NCBI GenBank assembly: GCA_030390025.1 | Contig: CM059433.1 | Coordinates: 14,200,001 to 14,264,000, forward strand | Reading direction: 5' to 3' | DNA length: 64,000 bases | Source of the DNA: Squalus acanthias | Lineage: Eukaryota | Part shown: piece after piece, positions 1-12,150 of the stretch | Numbering within the stretch: the stretch's first letter is position 1 | Layout of the letters: each line of letters starts with the position of its first letter | The notes under the pieces: model-generated | Database searches by the model: none | Told to the model about the DNA's origin: nothing | The model's input: only the letters and a program-made list of their open reading frames with translations | Made by a program: the position numbers and the translations under genes

Positions 1-990
1 AATTGCAAGAAGTTCAAGTAAATCGCTGTTTCACCTGGAAGGAATGTTTGGGGCCCTGGACAGTGGGAAGGGAGGAGGTAAAAGGCAGGTGTTGCATCTC
101 CTGCGCTTACACGGGAAGGTGCCGGGCGAAGGGGAAGGGGTGTTGGGGGTGATTGAGGAGTGGACCAGTGTGTCACGGAGGGAGCGATCCCTTCGGAATG
201 CTGAAAGTGGAGGTGAGGGGAAGATGTGTTTAGTGGTGGGATCATGCTGGAGGCGGGGGAAATGGCGGAGGATGATCCGTTGAATGTGGAGGCTGGTGGG
301 GTGAAAGGTGAGGACGAGGGGAACCCTATCATGGTTCTGGGAGGGAGGGGAAGGGGTGAGAGCAGAAGTGTGGGAAATGGAACGGGCACGGTCGAGGGCC
401 ATGTCATGCACAGAAGAGGGGAATCCTCGGTTGAGGAAAAAGGAAGACATATCGGAAGCACTGGTATGGAAGGTGGCATCGTCAGAACAGATGCGGTGGG
501 GATTGAGAAACTGGGAGAATGGAATAGAGTCCTTACAGGAAGTGGGGTGGGAGGAAGTGTAGTCCAGGTAGCTGTCGGAGTCAGTGGGCTTGTAGTGGAT
601 GTTTGTCGATAGCCTATCCCCAGAGATGGAGACAGAGAAGTTGAGGAAGGGAAGGGAAGAGTCGGAGATGGACCATGTGAAGGTGAGGGAAGGGTGGAAA
701 TTGGAAGCAAAGTGAATGAAATTTTCTAGTTCAGGGCGAGAGCAGGAAACGGCACCGATACAGTCATCAATGTACCAGAAAAAGAGGTGAGGGAGGGGAC
801 CTAAGTAGGACTGGAACAAAGAATGTTCCACATATCCCACAAAAAGGCAGCCATAGCTAGGACCCATGTGGGTTCCCATAGCAACACCTTTAATTTGGAG
901 GAAGTGATTGGAGTCAAAGGAGAAGTTGTTCAATGTGAAAACAAGTTCAGCCAGGTGGAGAAGGTTGGTGGTGGATGGGGACTGGTTGGG
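1..990 (-). mobile_element. Penelope-like retroelement (PLE) fragment: RT C-terminal half plus Cys-rich linker toward GIY-YIG; 5'-truncated, decayed, runs off the window edge
   Basis: ORF 31..1110(-) has LNNFSFDSNHFLQIKGVAMGTHMGPSY, WYIDD, LPFLNFSV, HYKPTDSDSYLDYTSSHP, PLVLTFHP and CKRRRCNTC, typical of PLE RT and linker. After a frameshift near 75 it reads GPKHSFQVKQRFT*TSCN with an in-frame stop. Confidence 0.9.
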
Positions 991-1337
991 CATCTGTTTA
1001 AGGTATTGATATTGGAAGCCTTGTTTTGATATGAAGCAGTTTTGAACGTGTATCAGCACAAAACCAGAAGTATGAGATACAGCCAAGCTGGTGAGCAGAC
1101 TGCAAAGCACATCATAGCAAGAGTTGGGAGATCATGTCCGGGAGGTAACCTCCACTATTTGGCCTCGTAAGCCTCCAATGTGGTGGGCAGAAAGTGCTTG
1201 CTCAGTACAAGCCAGAAATGCGCCATATTGGTAAAGGTAAAAAAAAGTCAGCACGTAGGGCCACGGCTAAAACAGCCGCTTTGCATATGCAAAAAATGGG
1301 CGTGCCCAAATTTCTAGGCCTTTGAGTGTTATGCTGG

Positions 1338-2070
1338 TTGGCTGCCGCATTTCCCACATTACAACAGTGACTCCACTTCAAATAGTACTTCATTGGCTGT
1401 GTAAGGGTAAAATTAATTGTAATAATGTAAGGGCAAATCAGTTGTAATGCTTAAGATTAGTTGAACTGCTTAAAGGACTAGAGTAAAGGTCAAAGTATCT
1501 CCCGAAGGCTACAAGCCGATGGAGACAGGGGTATAATTAAATAAAAACCTGCTTGCTTGGTCTGCGGTATAGATAATGCAGACACTGCAGAACAAAACAT
1601 GAATCATTGTTGTCTATAATAAACTAACCTCGAATGGTGTCCAATCACAAACAGACAACTCAGGTTGACCAAAGCTATGATGAAGCAAGAATAAACCTTG
1701 CAGTCCAGATGGCTAACCACCATTAGACAAAAGCAGAAGTAGAGGATGGGTTTCGCTAACATTGTAAGATTCTAATCAGGTTGTTTTTAGAGACCCTGAC
1801 TTACGGTCACTCATGATGTAATAACTGCTGACGTTTGTATTTTCTGGCTTCTTGAAGTGTATAAAGAAGCTGGGCTGCCACTATTAAATTGAGAAGCTGG
1901 TCACTAGACCGCGGGGCTATGACTCTTCTCCCAAGCGCTTTGAATACTAAACTGTGATCTTTTGCTTTGAGACAGACTCGAGTGAATTAATTTTTCACCA
2001 ACAGCTGTAAAGCGCTTTGAGATGTCCGGTGGTCGTGAAAGGCGCTATATAAATGCAAGTCTTTCTTTCT
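1338..2070 (+). mobile_element. 3' part of a SacSINE1-like SINE interrupted by a solo LTR
   Basis: 1338-1399 and 2004-2070 join into a sequence nearly identical to 4066-4190 (cattggct[g/a]taaagcgctttgag...gctatataaatgcaagtctttctttc). Confidence 0.85.
1400..2003 (+). mobile_element. Solo LTR (604 bp) of an LTR retrotransposon (Gypsy/BEL/ERV type unresolved)
   Basis: TGTAAGGG...CACCAACA termini; TSD GCTG (1396-1399, 2004-2007); TATA-like gtataaa near 1859; last ~105 bp similar to the 10260-10784 element. Confidence 0.85.
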
Positions 2071-3374
2071 TACATTAAAAGCGCTATATAAATGTGACTT
2101 GTTAACAATTTTTTTAAAGTATATTTAACTAGCTTAGTAAATACAGTGTATCTCAACAGTGATAGGTGACAGCTGTTTCATGAATGTAAAATATAATCCT
2201 TCAGTCAGCGCAGGCATGAGCGAGTTATGATGGGTAGGCACATCCATTTTAGAATGTCTGGAACTCAGCATCGTTGCTGAAATATTTGGTTTATTCTATG
2301 GCTGCGCTGTTGCTGCTGGTACCTCAAGGGCACATTGCTGTGAGCCCAAATATCCTTACTTGTGTAATGAGGCTGCCCGAAAAGCCATGAAGTGGTCATA
2401 CATAAGGAGTTCAATGGGAGTATATTTGTAATTCCCAATGAGCTTATACTAAACGACAGCAATTTACGGCTTGACGATTTGGTTTTGGTTGATTGTTAGT
2501 TATTATCCTGCAAAGTATTTCTGGCAGGAGGCTAATTTTATTATGTTTTAATTAGCATGGCAGAAAAGGTATTTTCTGTACATCTGGTGGTATCGCTGGC
2601 ACCGTTGCATATGGTGTCGGGAACGTTGAGGGTTTCTTCAGTGACCTATCAAGTCAAGCACAAGAGAGCAGCACAATCATCACTGGACTGCGCCACGACT
2701 GTGCCAATTTCAAAGGATAAGATAATCATATAGAAGTGATTCAATTAGCAAACGATTCTGTTAAATCTTTTCACATGTTTTTTGTATTTTAAGATATCCG
2801 AGCACTATTGCTGCAAAAACTGCACTTACAGTTAGTTTTCACCAATAATCAGATTACTTCTGCTGGGCTGTGTGTTAGCGATTCTGTCAGTTAGAATGAT
2901 GAGCAAGTGACAGCTCAAGATGCATATCGGTTGTACACTGCACAACAGGTGAGCATAGTCATGTGATGTATAATAGCTGTGCAGAATAACTAACTGTGCT
3001 GATCAAAATTAAATTATCTATTGGTTTAATACAATTTAAATAAATCTATTAGAGGAGCCCACATGTACAAATTAGTCTCTTCCAGAAATTGGTAGCCCTC
3101 TGTAGCTGTCTTTAGTTTTGTTCCAAAGCTATTTAAGTAGTGTTAGCAATGTTTGCAAGTCGATGGAATAGTCGTCTATGTGTTTAAATTGAATTGCATT
3201 TTGTTCAGATTAAACTTCAACATGACTCATTAAATTGTTGCAGTGTATGTTGGCATGACAGAAAGAGACACTAAGCTACTAAAATGTGAGCATTAATACT
3301 TTACATTTCTTCATGATATTTTTAGTGTGAAAAGTCAGTACGATCGAATAACACTTAATGACATAGTCCCACTT

Positions 3375-4232
3375 TATCCTCGTGTTCAAATTCCTCCATG
3401 GCCTTGTCCCTCCCTCTTCCAGCTCTACAACCCTCTGAGAACTCTGCATTCCTCCAATCCTGGCCTACTGAGCATCCCCCACTACCTTAGCCCTACCATT
3501 AGCAGTCAGTGCCTTCAGCCATCTAGGCCCTAAGCTCTGGAGTTCCCTCCCCAAAACTCTTCGCCTCTCCACCTCTCTCCTCCTTTAAGACACTGTTTAA
3601 AACCTACCTCTCTGACCAAACGTTTAGTTATCTATCCTAATGTCTCCAACTTTAGCTCGCATCAATTTTTGTTTCATTATGCTCCTGTGAAGCACCTTTG
3701 GATGTTTTACTATGTTGTGTCAGCTGTGGCTCAGTTGGTAGCTCACTTGCCTCTGAGTCAGAAGGTTGTGGGTTCAAGTCCCACTCCAGGGACTTGAGCA
3801 CATAATGCCTAGGCCTGACACTCCCAGTGAGAGTGCTGAGGGAGTGCTGCACTGTTGGTGGCTCTGTCTTTTGGATGAGACGTTAAACCGAGGCCCCGTC
3901 TGCTCTCTCAGGTGGATGTAAAAGATCCCATGGCACTATTTCGAAGAAGAGCAGGGGAGTTATCCCTGGTGTCCTGGCCAATGTTTATCCCTCAATCAAC
4001 ATAACAAAAAACAGATTATCTGGTCATTATCACATTGCTGTTTGTGGGACCTTGCTTTGCGCAATTTGGCTGCCGCGTTTCCCACATTACAACAGTGACT
4101 CCACTTCAAATAGTACTTCATTGGCTATAAAGCGCTTTGAGACATCTGGTGGTCGTGAAAGGTGCTATATAAATGCAAGTCTTTCTTTCTTTCTAACGTT
4201 AAAAGCGCTATATAAATGTGACTTGTTGTTGT
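3375..4232 (+). mobile_element. L2-clade LINE 3' fragment split by a SINE
   Basis: ORF2 C-terminal and 3'UTR-like sequence (ctctggagttccctccccaaa...ctttaagacactg...aaaacctacctc). The tail resumes after the SINE as ttaaaagcgctatataaatgtgacttgttgttgtt. Confidence 0.75.
3717..4193 (+). mobile_element. Full-length tRNA-derived Deu-domain SINE (SacSINE1-like)
   Basis: Pol III A box tggctcagttgg and B box ggttcaagtccc; central gtcttttggatgagacgttaaaccgagg (Deu-like); L2-like tail ending (ctttct)n; several other copies in the window. Confidence 0.85.
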
Positions 4233-4921
4233 TAACAATCTTTTAAAAGTATATTTAACTAGCTTAATAAATGCAGTGTATCTCAACAGTGATAGGTGAC
4301 AGCTGTTTCATGAATGTAAAATGTAATCCTTCAGTCAGCGCAGGCATGAGTGAGTTATGATGGGTAGGCACATCCATTTTAGAATGACTAAAACTCAGCA
4401 TCATTGCTGAAATATTTGGTTTATTCTATGGCTGCGCTGTTGCTGTTGGATCCTCAAGGGCACATTCTGGAACACTACGTACTGCTATTGAACATTAAAT
4501 ATTCAGACGATTGATTCATCATTTCTGAAGCTCACACATGTGAAGTATTAAAGCAAGATTAAAATGACATCCATTGAATAAAGGTATCTGATGGGTTTGA
4601 AATATTGCTGAGAAATAACACTAGCAGAAATGGTATTATATTCTGTCATATTAACTTGAAGTGAGATTTAAGTACAGAACACTTGAGAACTATGATTCAA
4701 GGCTAACCATTCCAGCAAAAGTGGTGCTACATTTTTTAATGTCTTTTTTTTCTGTTTTCTGCTCTGTCATCCAAAGGTCCATATTCTCCAGGTACGTGAA
4801 GATATGATAAATTAAGCAAAAGCAAAATACTGCGGATGCTGGAAATCCAAAATAAAATCAGAAAATGCTAGAAGCACTGAGCAGATCACACAGCAACTGT
4901 GGAGAGAGAAACAGAGTTAAC

Positions 4922-6672
4922 GGCCAGAATTTTCCGAGGGGTCAGCGGGTGGGATAGGTGGTGGGTCGGGTGGGAAAGTGTGTTTTTTGGACAGCGGGTC
5001 GGGACCCCGCTGTCAACCCGCCGCCACGCGCCTTTCCCGATGTCGGGTCTGTCAGCGCTGAGCAGACCCGACAGGCAGCAGCGGGCGACCCACTTCCGGT
5101 AATGAGTGGCTTGCTAAGAGGCACTTAAGAATGATTTTTAGCTTACCTTTTGCATTTGACAGTTTGCCCACAGAGTCCACGCTGGTCGTGGACCACGTCT
5201 GTCAAGCTGAGGCGGGAGTTCAGTGGCCATTGAATCAGCTGTTGAGTTGACAGCTTCAAATGTACAGTAAAAGCTCCCACCTTACAGAAATATCTTCCCT
5301 CAGACACAAGCTCTTCCTCACTGCATTTCCACAACAGATTCACCATCCTGCAAGTCTTTATACAAGTCTCCATCCAGTCTCACCTCATTACCTCTCTCAC
5401 CATTGACAGATCGCTTCTGTCATCTCTACTTCACCTGCCATCTACTCCATCAGCATGGGTGCCTTTTATACTCTCTCACCTTGGTCCTCAGAATCCCGCC
5501 ACGATCAGCCCCAACACCAGCAGCACCAGGCACAGCAGCAGCACCAACAAGAACACTAGCCTTCTCCGCAATCAACTGATGCTGCACAGGACACAGGGCA
5601 TCAGCACCCGAGCACATTGCTGCCCGGTATGGCCAGATTTACTTCACTTGATGCTGTACACCCTGGCTGCCACATGATGTGCCAGGTTGGCACCACCCCA
5701 CACCAACACCATAAAGCATTTCTACAATGCCAAGCCATTCCTTTCACACTCATCACCATTGTGGGGGGTACCGTTATGTCTCACCATTCACTGCAACTCA
5801 CTAAGCCACTTCCAAAGGTTCACACAAATCTGTCCAAGAACGCAAAGTGTTGAAAATAAAGGTTTCAATGTTTGACAGCGAATTAACAGAAACTTTACAT
5901 GAACATTGCATAAAACACCCAAGTGCCTACCCTTGTGTGTTGTTAGTTGGTATGATTGCACTCGGATGAGGGTGAGTGTGAGGGGTGGCTAGTGAGATGG
6001 GGAAGTGATAATGTAGATAGAGAGGGATGGGTGGAGGTGCAAGGTAAGTTGGTGTGAGTAAGGATGTGCAGGAGTAGGGTAGGGAAGGCAGAGTGATGGG
6101 GATGTAATGAAAGGCACAGCAGGATGAGGTTGAGTGTGGCTTTGTACTAATGTTTTGTGATCTACTGAGATCATTGAAACATTTGCAGCACTGCACCCAA
6201 GTCTTTCTGACCACATCCCTGCTTGTTCCCTCCTCTGCAATGTGCAACCAGGCTGTATTTATCCCCTAGGGAGGTCTCTTCCGCCCATAGGAAGGGAAGA
6301 GGGACCTCCCTGCATGCTGTGACTCCCTCCATAAGCATATGGAGGGAGTCATGGGAGAGCCTGGGTGCAGCCCTGCACCTCTGTGCAGTGATTGTCAGTG
6401 TTTGCAGCACTTCAATGCTGCAGAACACTGACAGCACAACTGTCAAAATAAATTTGGCCATGGTCCCTTTAAGGAAACCGGCTGATGACGCGTCACCAAA
6501 TGACGTCACCAGACCCGCTTCCTCTAATTGGCCAGAAAACGCGCTGGGAGGGCTTAACAAACCCAATCACGGTAAATTCATTTCAGAGACCAGGATGGAG
6601 ACAGCAGCGGGGCCAGGACCCACCACCGACATCGCCCGCCACGGACCCGCCAAGGTTCGTAAAATCCAGCCC
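4922..6672. mobile_element. Non-autonomous PIF/Harbinger-type DNA transposon (1.75 kb)
   Basis: Imperfect TIRs GGCCAGAATTTT / AAAATCCAGCCC; perfect 3-bp TSD AAC (4919-4921, 6673-6675); internal Myb/SANT-like relic. Confidence 0.85.
6155..6400 (-). pseudogene. Frameshifted Myb/SANT-like DNA-binding domain (Harbinger accessory ORF, NAIF1/MSANTD-like)
   Basis: RAAPRLSHDSLHMLMEGVTACREV in one frame continues as WLHIAEEGTSRDVVRKTWVQCCKCFNDL in another, matching the R-x-P-R-F-S...W-x-x-I-A...R-T-W-x-Q-C-x-K-x-F-N-D-L pattern. Confidence 0.8.
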
Positions 6673-7239
6673 AACTGTTCCTCTCTCCACACTTGCTGTC
6701 TGACCTGCTGAATATTTCCAGCATTTTCTGTTATTATTTTTGATAAATTAAGGACTCTTGCACAACTTTTCACTTCAGTGCTCACGCTCGGTCGCTGCCG
6801 TCTTGTGCAGGCTCGTGAGATGGGCGGATGTAGAGCCCGCCTGTTTCAGGCAGGAGATCACTTGTAATATGCAAATCGGGGCTCTCAGACGTACATAGGA
6901 CCCCGATCGCAATCATCAGGCACAAATGGGCAGAGTGTGCACTGAAGGGAGGCCGGGTGGGAGGGGGATTTCATAGAACCTTTCCTCAAAAAACTAGAGG
7001 CTGGTGTAGTACCCGTGATAGAATAGCTTGTATATGGTTCGAGGGAGGGACAGGATTGATGGGTTGAATGGCTTCTTCTTGTCCTGAATTTTCCAATATT
7101 TTTATATACATGGCTACCAAGGCAAATATGGAATCATGTAACATATATAAAAGGGTACATTTTGCATTTGATTGATACAGCATAATGTGCTACGTAAGCT
7201 TACAGTGATGCTATTTACCTTGCTATACCTGAGACTTCA

Positions 7240-7655
7240 GTATGGATGTTGCTCTCTGATATCAAGTTGTCGATGAGCCAGAGCTTTCTCCAATTGAACA
7301 GTAGTAAGATTAAAGCTGTCTTGTTTGGATCCTGCCTAAAACTTTAAACCATTGTCCCCGAATCCATCCCCTGCTCACTCATGCTGAGCCAGAAGGTACA
7401 CAATCTCAGTGTCGTCTCCAGCTCTGAACTGAGATTCAAACCTTGTGCATCCCTTCATCCTCTGCTCTGTTCCACCTTTAGTTTTCTTGGTCCCATTCTC
7501 TGGAGCTGCCTTCCTAAAGCCCTCTGTCATGTTGCTTCCCTCCCCTTCTTTAAAAGTCTCCGTAAAATCCATCTCTTCAACTACATTCTTGGTTATTTCT
7601 CTTCATGTTTTTACTACTTTTCTGTGAAGCACCTTTGGACCGTTACTATTTTAAA
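7240..7655 (+). mobile_element. Old L2 LINE fragment (internally deleted)
   Basis: Degenerate RT-type sequence (atgagccagagctttctccaattgaac...) and L2-type 3' end; the tail resumes at 7851 after a CR1 insertion. Confidence 0.6.
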
Positions 7656-7850
7656 CATAGAAGAAACATAGAAACATAGAAGATAGGAGCAGGAGTAGGC
7701 CATTCGGCCCCTCGAGCCTGCTCCGCCATTCAATGAGATCATGGTTGATCATCCAAATTCAGTACCCTGTCCCTGCCTTCTCCCCATATCCCTTGATCCC
7801 TTTAGCTTAAGAAATATATCTAACTCCTTCTTGAATATATTTCATGAATT
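7656..7850 (-). mobile_element. CR1 LINE 3' end
   Basis: Reverse complement of the gaatggcggagcaggctcgaggggccgaatggcctactcctgctcctat stem-loop and (ttctatgt)n tail. Confidence 0.85.
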
Positions 7851-7872
7851 GGCACTATATAAACTTTAATAA

Positions 7873-8240
7873 AAAGGATTTACATTTATATAGAGTGTTT
7901 CACAACCTCAGGACGTCCCAAAGCATTTTACAGCCAATGAAGTACCTTTGTAGTAACTGATGTAATGTAGGAACTGCGGCAGCCAAATTGCACACAGCAA
8001 AGTCCCACAGACAACAATGTGATAATGACCAGATAATTTATTTTTAAGCATTGGTTGAAGGATAAATATTGGCCAGAACACTGGGGAGAACTCTCCTGCT
8101 CTTCTTCAAATAGTGCCATGGGATCTTTTACGTCCACCTGAGAGACCAAAAGATGCCACCTCCGATAGTACAACATTCCGTTAGTACTGCACTGGAGTGT
8201 CAGCCTAGATCTTGTGCTCAAGTCCCTGGAGTGGGAAATA
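7873..8240 (-). mobile_element. SacSINE1-like SINE
   Basis: Reverse-complement similarity to 3717-4193. Confidence 0.8.
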
Positions 8241-10259
8241 GTCATTGAAGTGTTGAACTTGAATACTTGAATTGGGAGTACGGAGCTGGGGGAAGAACTG
8301 ATCTGGTTAATGTGTGTAGCAGCATCATAAATGCATTCAAAAAAAATGTAAATTCTTCTTCCATGGTTTTATAACAGTGTTTGAACAGTAAAACCCAGAA
8401 CTTGTGCGCTTAAATTCCAGGCCTGTCTGTCACATAACTCAGTCTGCATCAGTTAGGATGGGGCTGTTCTCAGACTGGCCTCTTTTGCACCAGATAAGCT
8501 ACAAACTAAAAACTGCCCACCTTTCCCAAATGCAGACGGGTCAGTTATTGCTATTAAAAAACAATGACACTCATTGAGAAGTTTGTGAAGTGGTTAAGCT
8601 GAGAAAGCATGTTAGGGCACGGACAAAATTGTCAAAGAAATTCAAAACTGAGAGGAATGTATATGGAAATATTTTAAATGATTTGCGTTAAAGACGACAG
8701 CAAATTGAAATTCAGTTAGTGCAAATGTTTAGACCCTGGCATCGAATAGGATTCCCGTTATGTGCCAATATGAATTTTTACTCATATAATGAAAAGCCTC
8801 TGATTATAGTCTGCCATTTGTTTTCTTCCCCAAGACCAGATGTTGCTGTGCTGCTGTGAATGTCACCCGCTGTCACTCTGTAGAATTCATTGGTCCATGT
8901 ACTGATTGCCTTTGGCATGCTTGTATAAAATGCAACAAAGCCCAAGGCCATTCAGTTTCATCCCAATGTGCCACTTTTCCCATTGTTAACTTGATAGTAA
9001 ACTTGAAAATAATTACAAATATATAACCATGACAGGATTGAATAACGGAGAATCTTCATTACGACCATCCGCTGACTACTGCCGTTTATGAAAATAAGAA
9101 CTCATTACGAACAATACTTTATGATGTGACAGTTACCAGCTGCTTGGATTTCAATGGGCCTGGGTTTCACTTTGAATCAGTTATGGTGGAGTGTCTTTTC
9201 TACAAATAAATAAAGGTTACTAGTGAAAAGACAGGAAGTACCAGGCCAGATGATTTGTGTTTCTTTTCTCCAGCAGACTGAATATGTAGCTCAAGTGCTG
9301 CTTCATTGGCCAGTATTCAACATTAGCTCATTACAGAAATGGAAGTGGAAGGATATTTTAATTCCTTTAGCCTAATTACCATCACTCGTACACCCCTCTG
9401 ATATCACTATTGTGGACACCTACAATAAGTTACACAATTCTCAATAGACCACAGAATAAAAAACAGCTAACAATACGCAATGAATAGCGATTGGTAAATG
9501 TATAAATTTTCTAGTCAACTAAATTGGGTCAGGCTTATAACGGTAGGAAAATCTGCCCCACGGTTTCATGTCGTGTTTAGCAATTATCTCTACTGATCAC
9601 ATTTCATACTCAAACAGCCTAATATATATATATACATATACACACACGCGCAAGGCCCAATAGTCAATGGTAAATTAAACAAGTATTGTTCCAACCAAGG
9701 AGCCACACTTAAATGGAACAAGACTTAGAGAATCGGTGTCACAGTGTTATAGTCCTACCTTTAAACTGCCCTCTCTTTGATTCCACTCCATCCTGGGAGT
9801 ATGAGAATATTACAAGCGGCCACAAAACATGTTTCATTCACACAATTGCTACAAATAGTCATGGCAAACTATATATCTAACACCTGGGTTTCTTTTTATT
9901 TTAGCTAAAGGGTGTATCATTACAAATGTAGGTGGAAAAGGGGAGGGATTTGGCAGTTGGATTAGCCTCAAAGCGTACTTGAAAATAAGGTTGGCTAATG
10001 ACATTGCACCTGTTGAATTATGATCAGCCAGGCAGTTGCCAGACCACATTACTGTTATAAAATAGTGTACTGACATTGCAGATGGGGGCTGGGAAGGGAT
10101 GAATAGTATTCAACCAAAGTTTGGGAGAAGCACAGAGGAAGCGCAGGGCATTGGATTGTTCTGGTCTCTTTAGCTCACAGTTAATACTTTGAGTGTGTAA
10201 CCCTTTGCGCAAATTATAAGCTTCTGCAGTGTCAACCCACAGCAAAGCCTAATATTGAA

Positions 10260-10784
10260 TGTTAGGGTGAAAATTATAGGGCTTAAAGCAGCAACGTAAA
10301 GAGTTAAAGAATGTGCTGTAAAAGGTGAACTCGTAAATCGCTGACACAGTGCGATGAGTAATGTCTGTGGTCAACATGCGTACGTGCAAAACAACTTGAG
10401 GCCCATGAAATAGGACAATAATAGCACAACGGTTACACTTGAGAACCAATCACCGCATGACCAGCCAGTCCGGCCGGACAGATGTGACGCAACATTCTCT
10501 ATGTTTATAGTTTCGGAAGGGAAGTAACAAGAAAATTTAGCTTAAAGTGCAGATTATAATTAGGAGCTTGTTGCTGGGGGAATGTGATTGGGTGAAGACA
10601 TTTGTATGTAATGAATTTTATACCCGACCCCATAATGTATAAAAGAAGTCCCGATACCACTGTAATGACGAGAAGTGGATCACTAGACCGTGGGGTCTAT
10701 GACTCTTCTCCCAGCGCACTCTGTTAAATAAACTGTGATCTTCTGCTTTGAGACAGACTCAAGTAAATTCATTTTTCACCAACA
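10260..10784 (+). mobile_element. Solo LTR (525 bp)
   Basis: TGTTAGGGTGAAAAT...ATTTTTCACCAACA (imperfect terminal inverted repeat); perfect 5-bp TSD TTGAA (10255-10259, 10785-10789); tataaaa near 10638 and aataaa near 10727. Confidence 0.85.
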
Positions 10785-10857
10785 TTGAACTAAGGTCAAA
10801 ATCTGGGCACTGAAATTCTCCAGAGTTCAGGAGACTAGCAGAACCTCTGGAGAAATG

Positions 10858-11752
10858 GGGGGGAAAATTCAGTTGGTTGTACCTCCCGTTAGCGCCTTAA
10901 GAGGGCACTAATGGGGTGCAAAGCAACTAGCGCCCAGGCGCGGCGATGTTTGCGCCGCTCACAAAATTAACTAGACATTTTGCGGCGGTGCTAAACACTA
11001 CCGCCATGGTCTCCTGCGCCGGCAGATCGTGACGTCAGTCGAGTGCGCAACGCCCCGGTAGCACCCCGGAGCGAATATTGAGTGGCGCCCCCTGCCTTAC
11101 CGCCTGCCGCTAGCAACAACAGGCTGAGCGGAGCGTTTTGCAGTCAGGAAGGGACTGGGGGAGTGCTACTTAAAGGCGACTGCTTCCTGCCTTTTTTTGT
11201 TGACGACATTTTTGAACCACGCATTCTGAGAGAGAGAGAGAGAGAGACTTCTGAAGAGATTCAACGATGTGTGAAGGAGTTTTGGGTACTGAGCAGCACT
11301 TTGCAGGTTCATTTTGATTTGTCCTTCCTTGTATCGATTTAGAAGAGACTATGGGGGTTGCACTCTGAGCTCTTTCCCTGGTTCTCTCCATTGCTCTTTC
11401 CAGCAGATTTGATGTACAGGTCTCTCCAGGCCGAGATTCAAGGCTGCAATGAGCAGGATGTGGATGGAAAGCAAGATCAACCCTCCCCTTTAAGAACTGG
11501 CCGGGGCCATTGTGTGTGTGTTCCATTGCTGACTGACATCACATGAGCTTTGCCAGCACTCTAAGTTAGCGCCTCGCTCCTCGGCCTTTGCGCCTTAAGA
11601 CAGATGTGTAGCGCCTGATTTAACGCTCCAATCACCTCCAGGGGCGATAAAAGTCAAGTTTGCAGTCGGAGGCGATAATTAGCGCCAGGCGCTAATCTTT
11701 GCGCCCGGCCGATAATTGCGCCCCAAACTGGGCGAAACTGAATTTTTCCCCC
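10858..11752 (+). mobile_element. Harbinger-type MITE family A (~900 bp)
   Basis: TIR GGGGG(A/G)AAAATTCAG; high identity to 53474-54376 (reverse) and 57487-58388; flanks ATG/AAG. Confidence 0.9.
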
Positions 11753-11829
11753 AAGTTATAAATGGCTTCAAAAGACCATTTACGCTGTTTCGCCAGGGGT
11801 TCTGCTGATCTCGCACTGCAGTTACGTAG

Positions 11830-12150
11830 GGAGATGCCCCACCGTCATCGATGCCAGTGTCCAGCAAATTTGTTCACTCTACGTGGCATTAAGAAGCAGC
11901 TGACTACACTGGACACATTGAGGTCAATGGGCCCTAATAACATCCATCTGGAATGCTGAAGAGCTGTGCATCTTGACTTGGACAAATACCGCCATTCCTT
12001 CCTCATCACTCGATCAAAACCCTCAAATTTCCTACCTAACAGCATAGCGGGAACACTATCAGCACAAGGAGAAGCTTGACAACCACCTTCTCAGAGTAAC
12101 TAGGGATGGGCAATAAATGTGGCCTTGCCAGCATTGCCAACATCCTGAGA
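11830..12150 (+). mobile_element. Degenerate fragment of a second CR1-group LINE family
   Basis: FTLRGIKKQLTTLDTLRSMGPNNI resembles the LINE 'KAMGPDNIP' motif; the 3' end matches 45390-45730 and 51350-51775. Confidence 0.65.

Larger units (their letters stand above)
4815..6740. mobile_element. Fold-back PLE-terminal-repeat element (arms 4815-4921 and 6673-6740) split by a TIR element
   Basis: Both arms match the hairpin element at 56899-57135 in opposite orientations and meet at the GTTAAC palindrome. Confidence 0.7.

Noticed and set aside
31..1110. Intact 359-aa protein gene
   Set aside because: The first ~40 aa are flanking DNA, the RT is 5'-truncated, and a frameshift and a stop precede the endonuclease.
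1400..10784. Full-length LTR retrotransposon bounded by the two similar LTRs
   Set aside because: Each LTR has its own TSD, the U3 regions differ, and no PBS or gag-pol is visible between them.
11082..11546. Conserved small gene family (similar ORFs at 11 kb, 53.7 kb and 57.7 kb)
   Set aside because: The similarity reflects copies of one MITE; the frames break differently between copies at the (GA)n tract.
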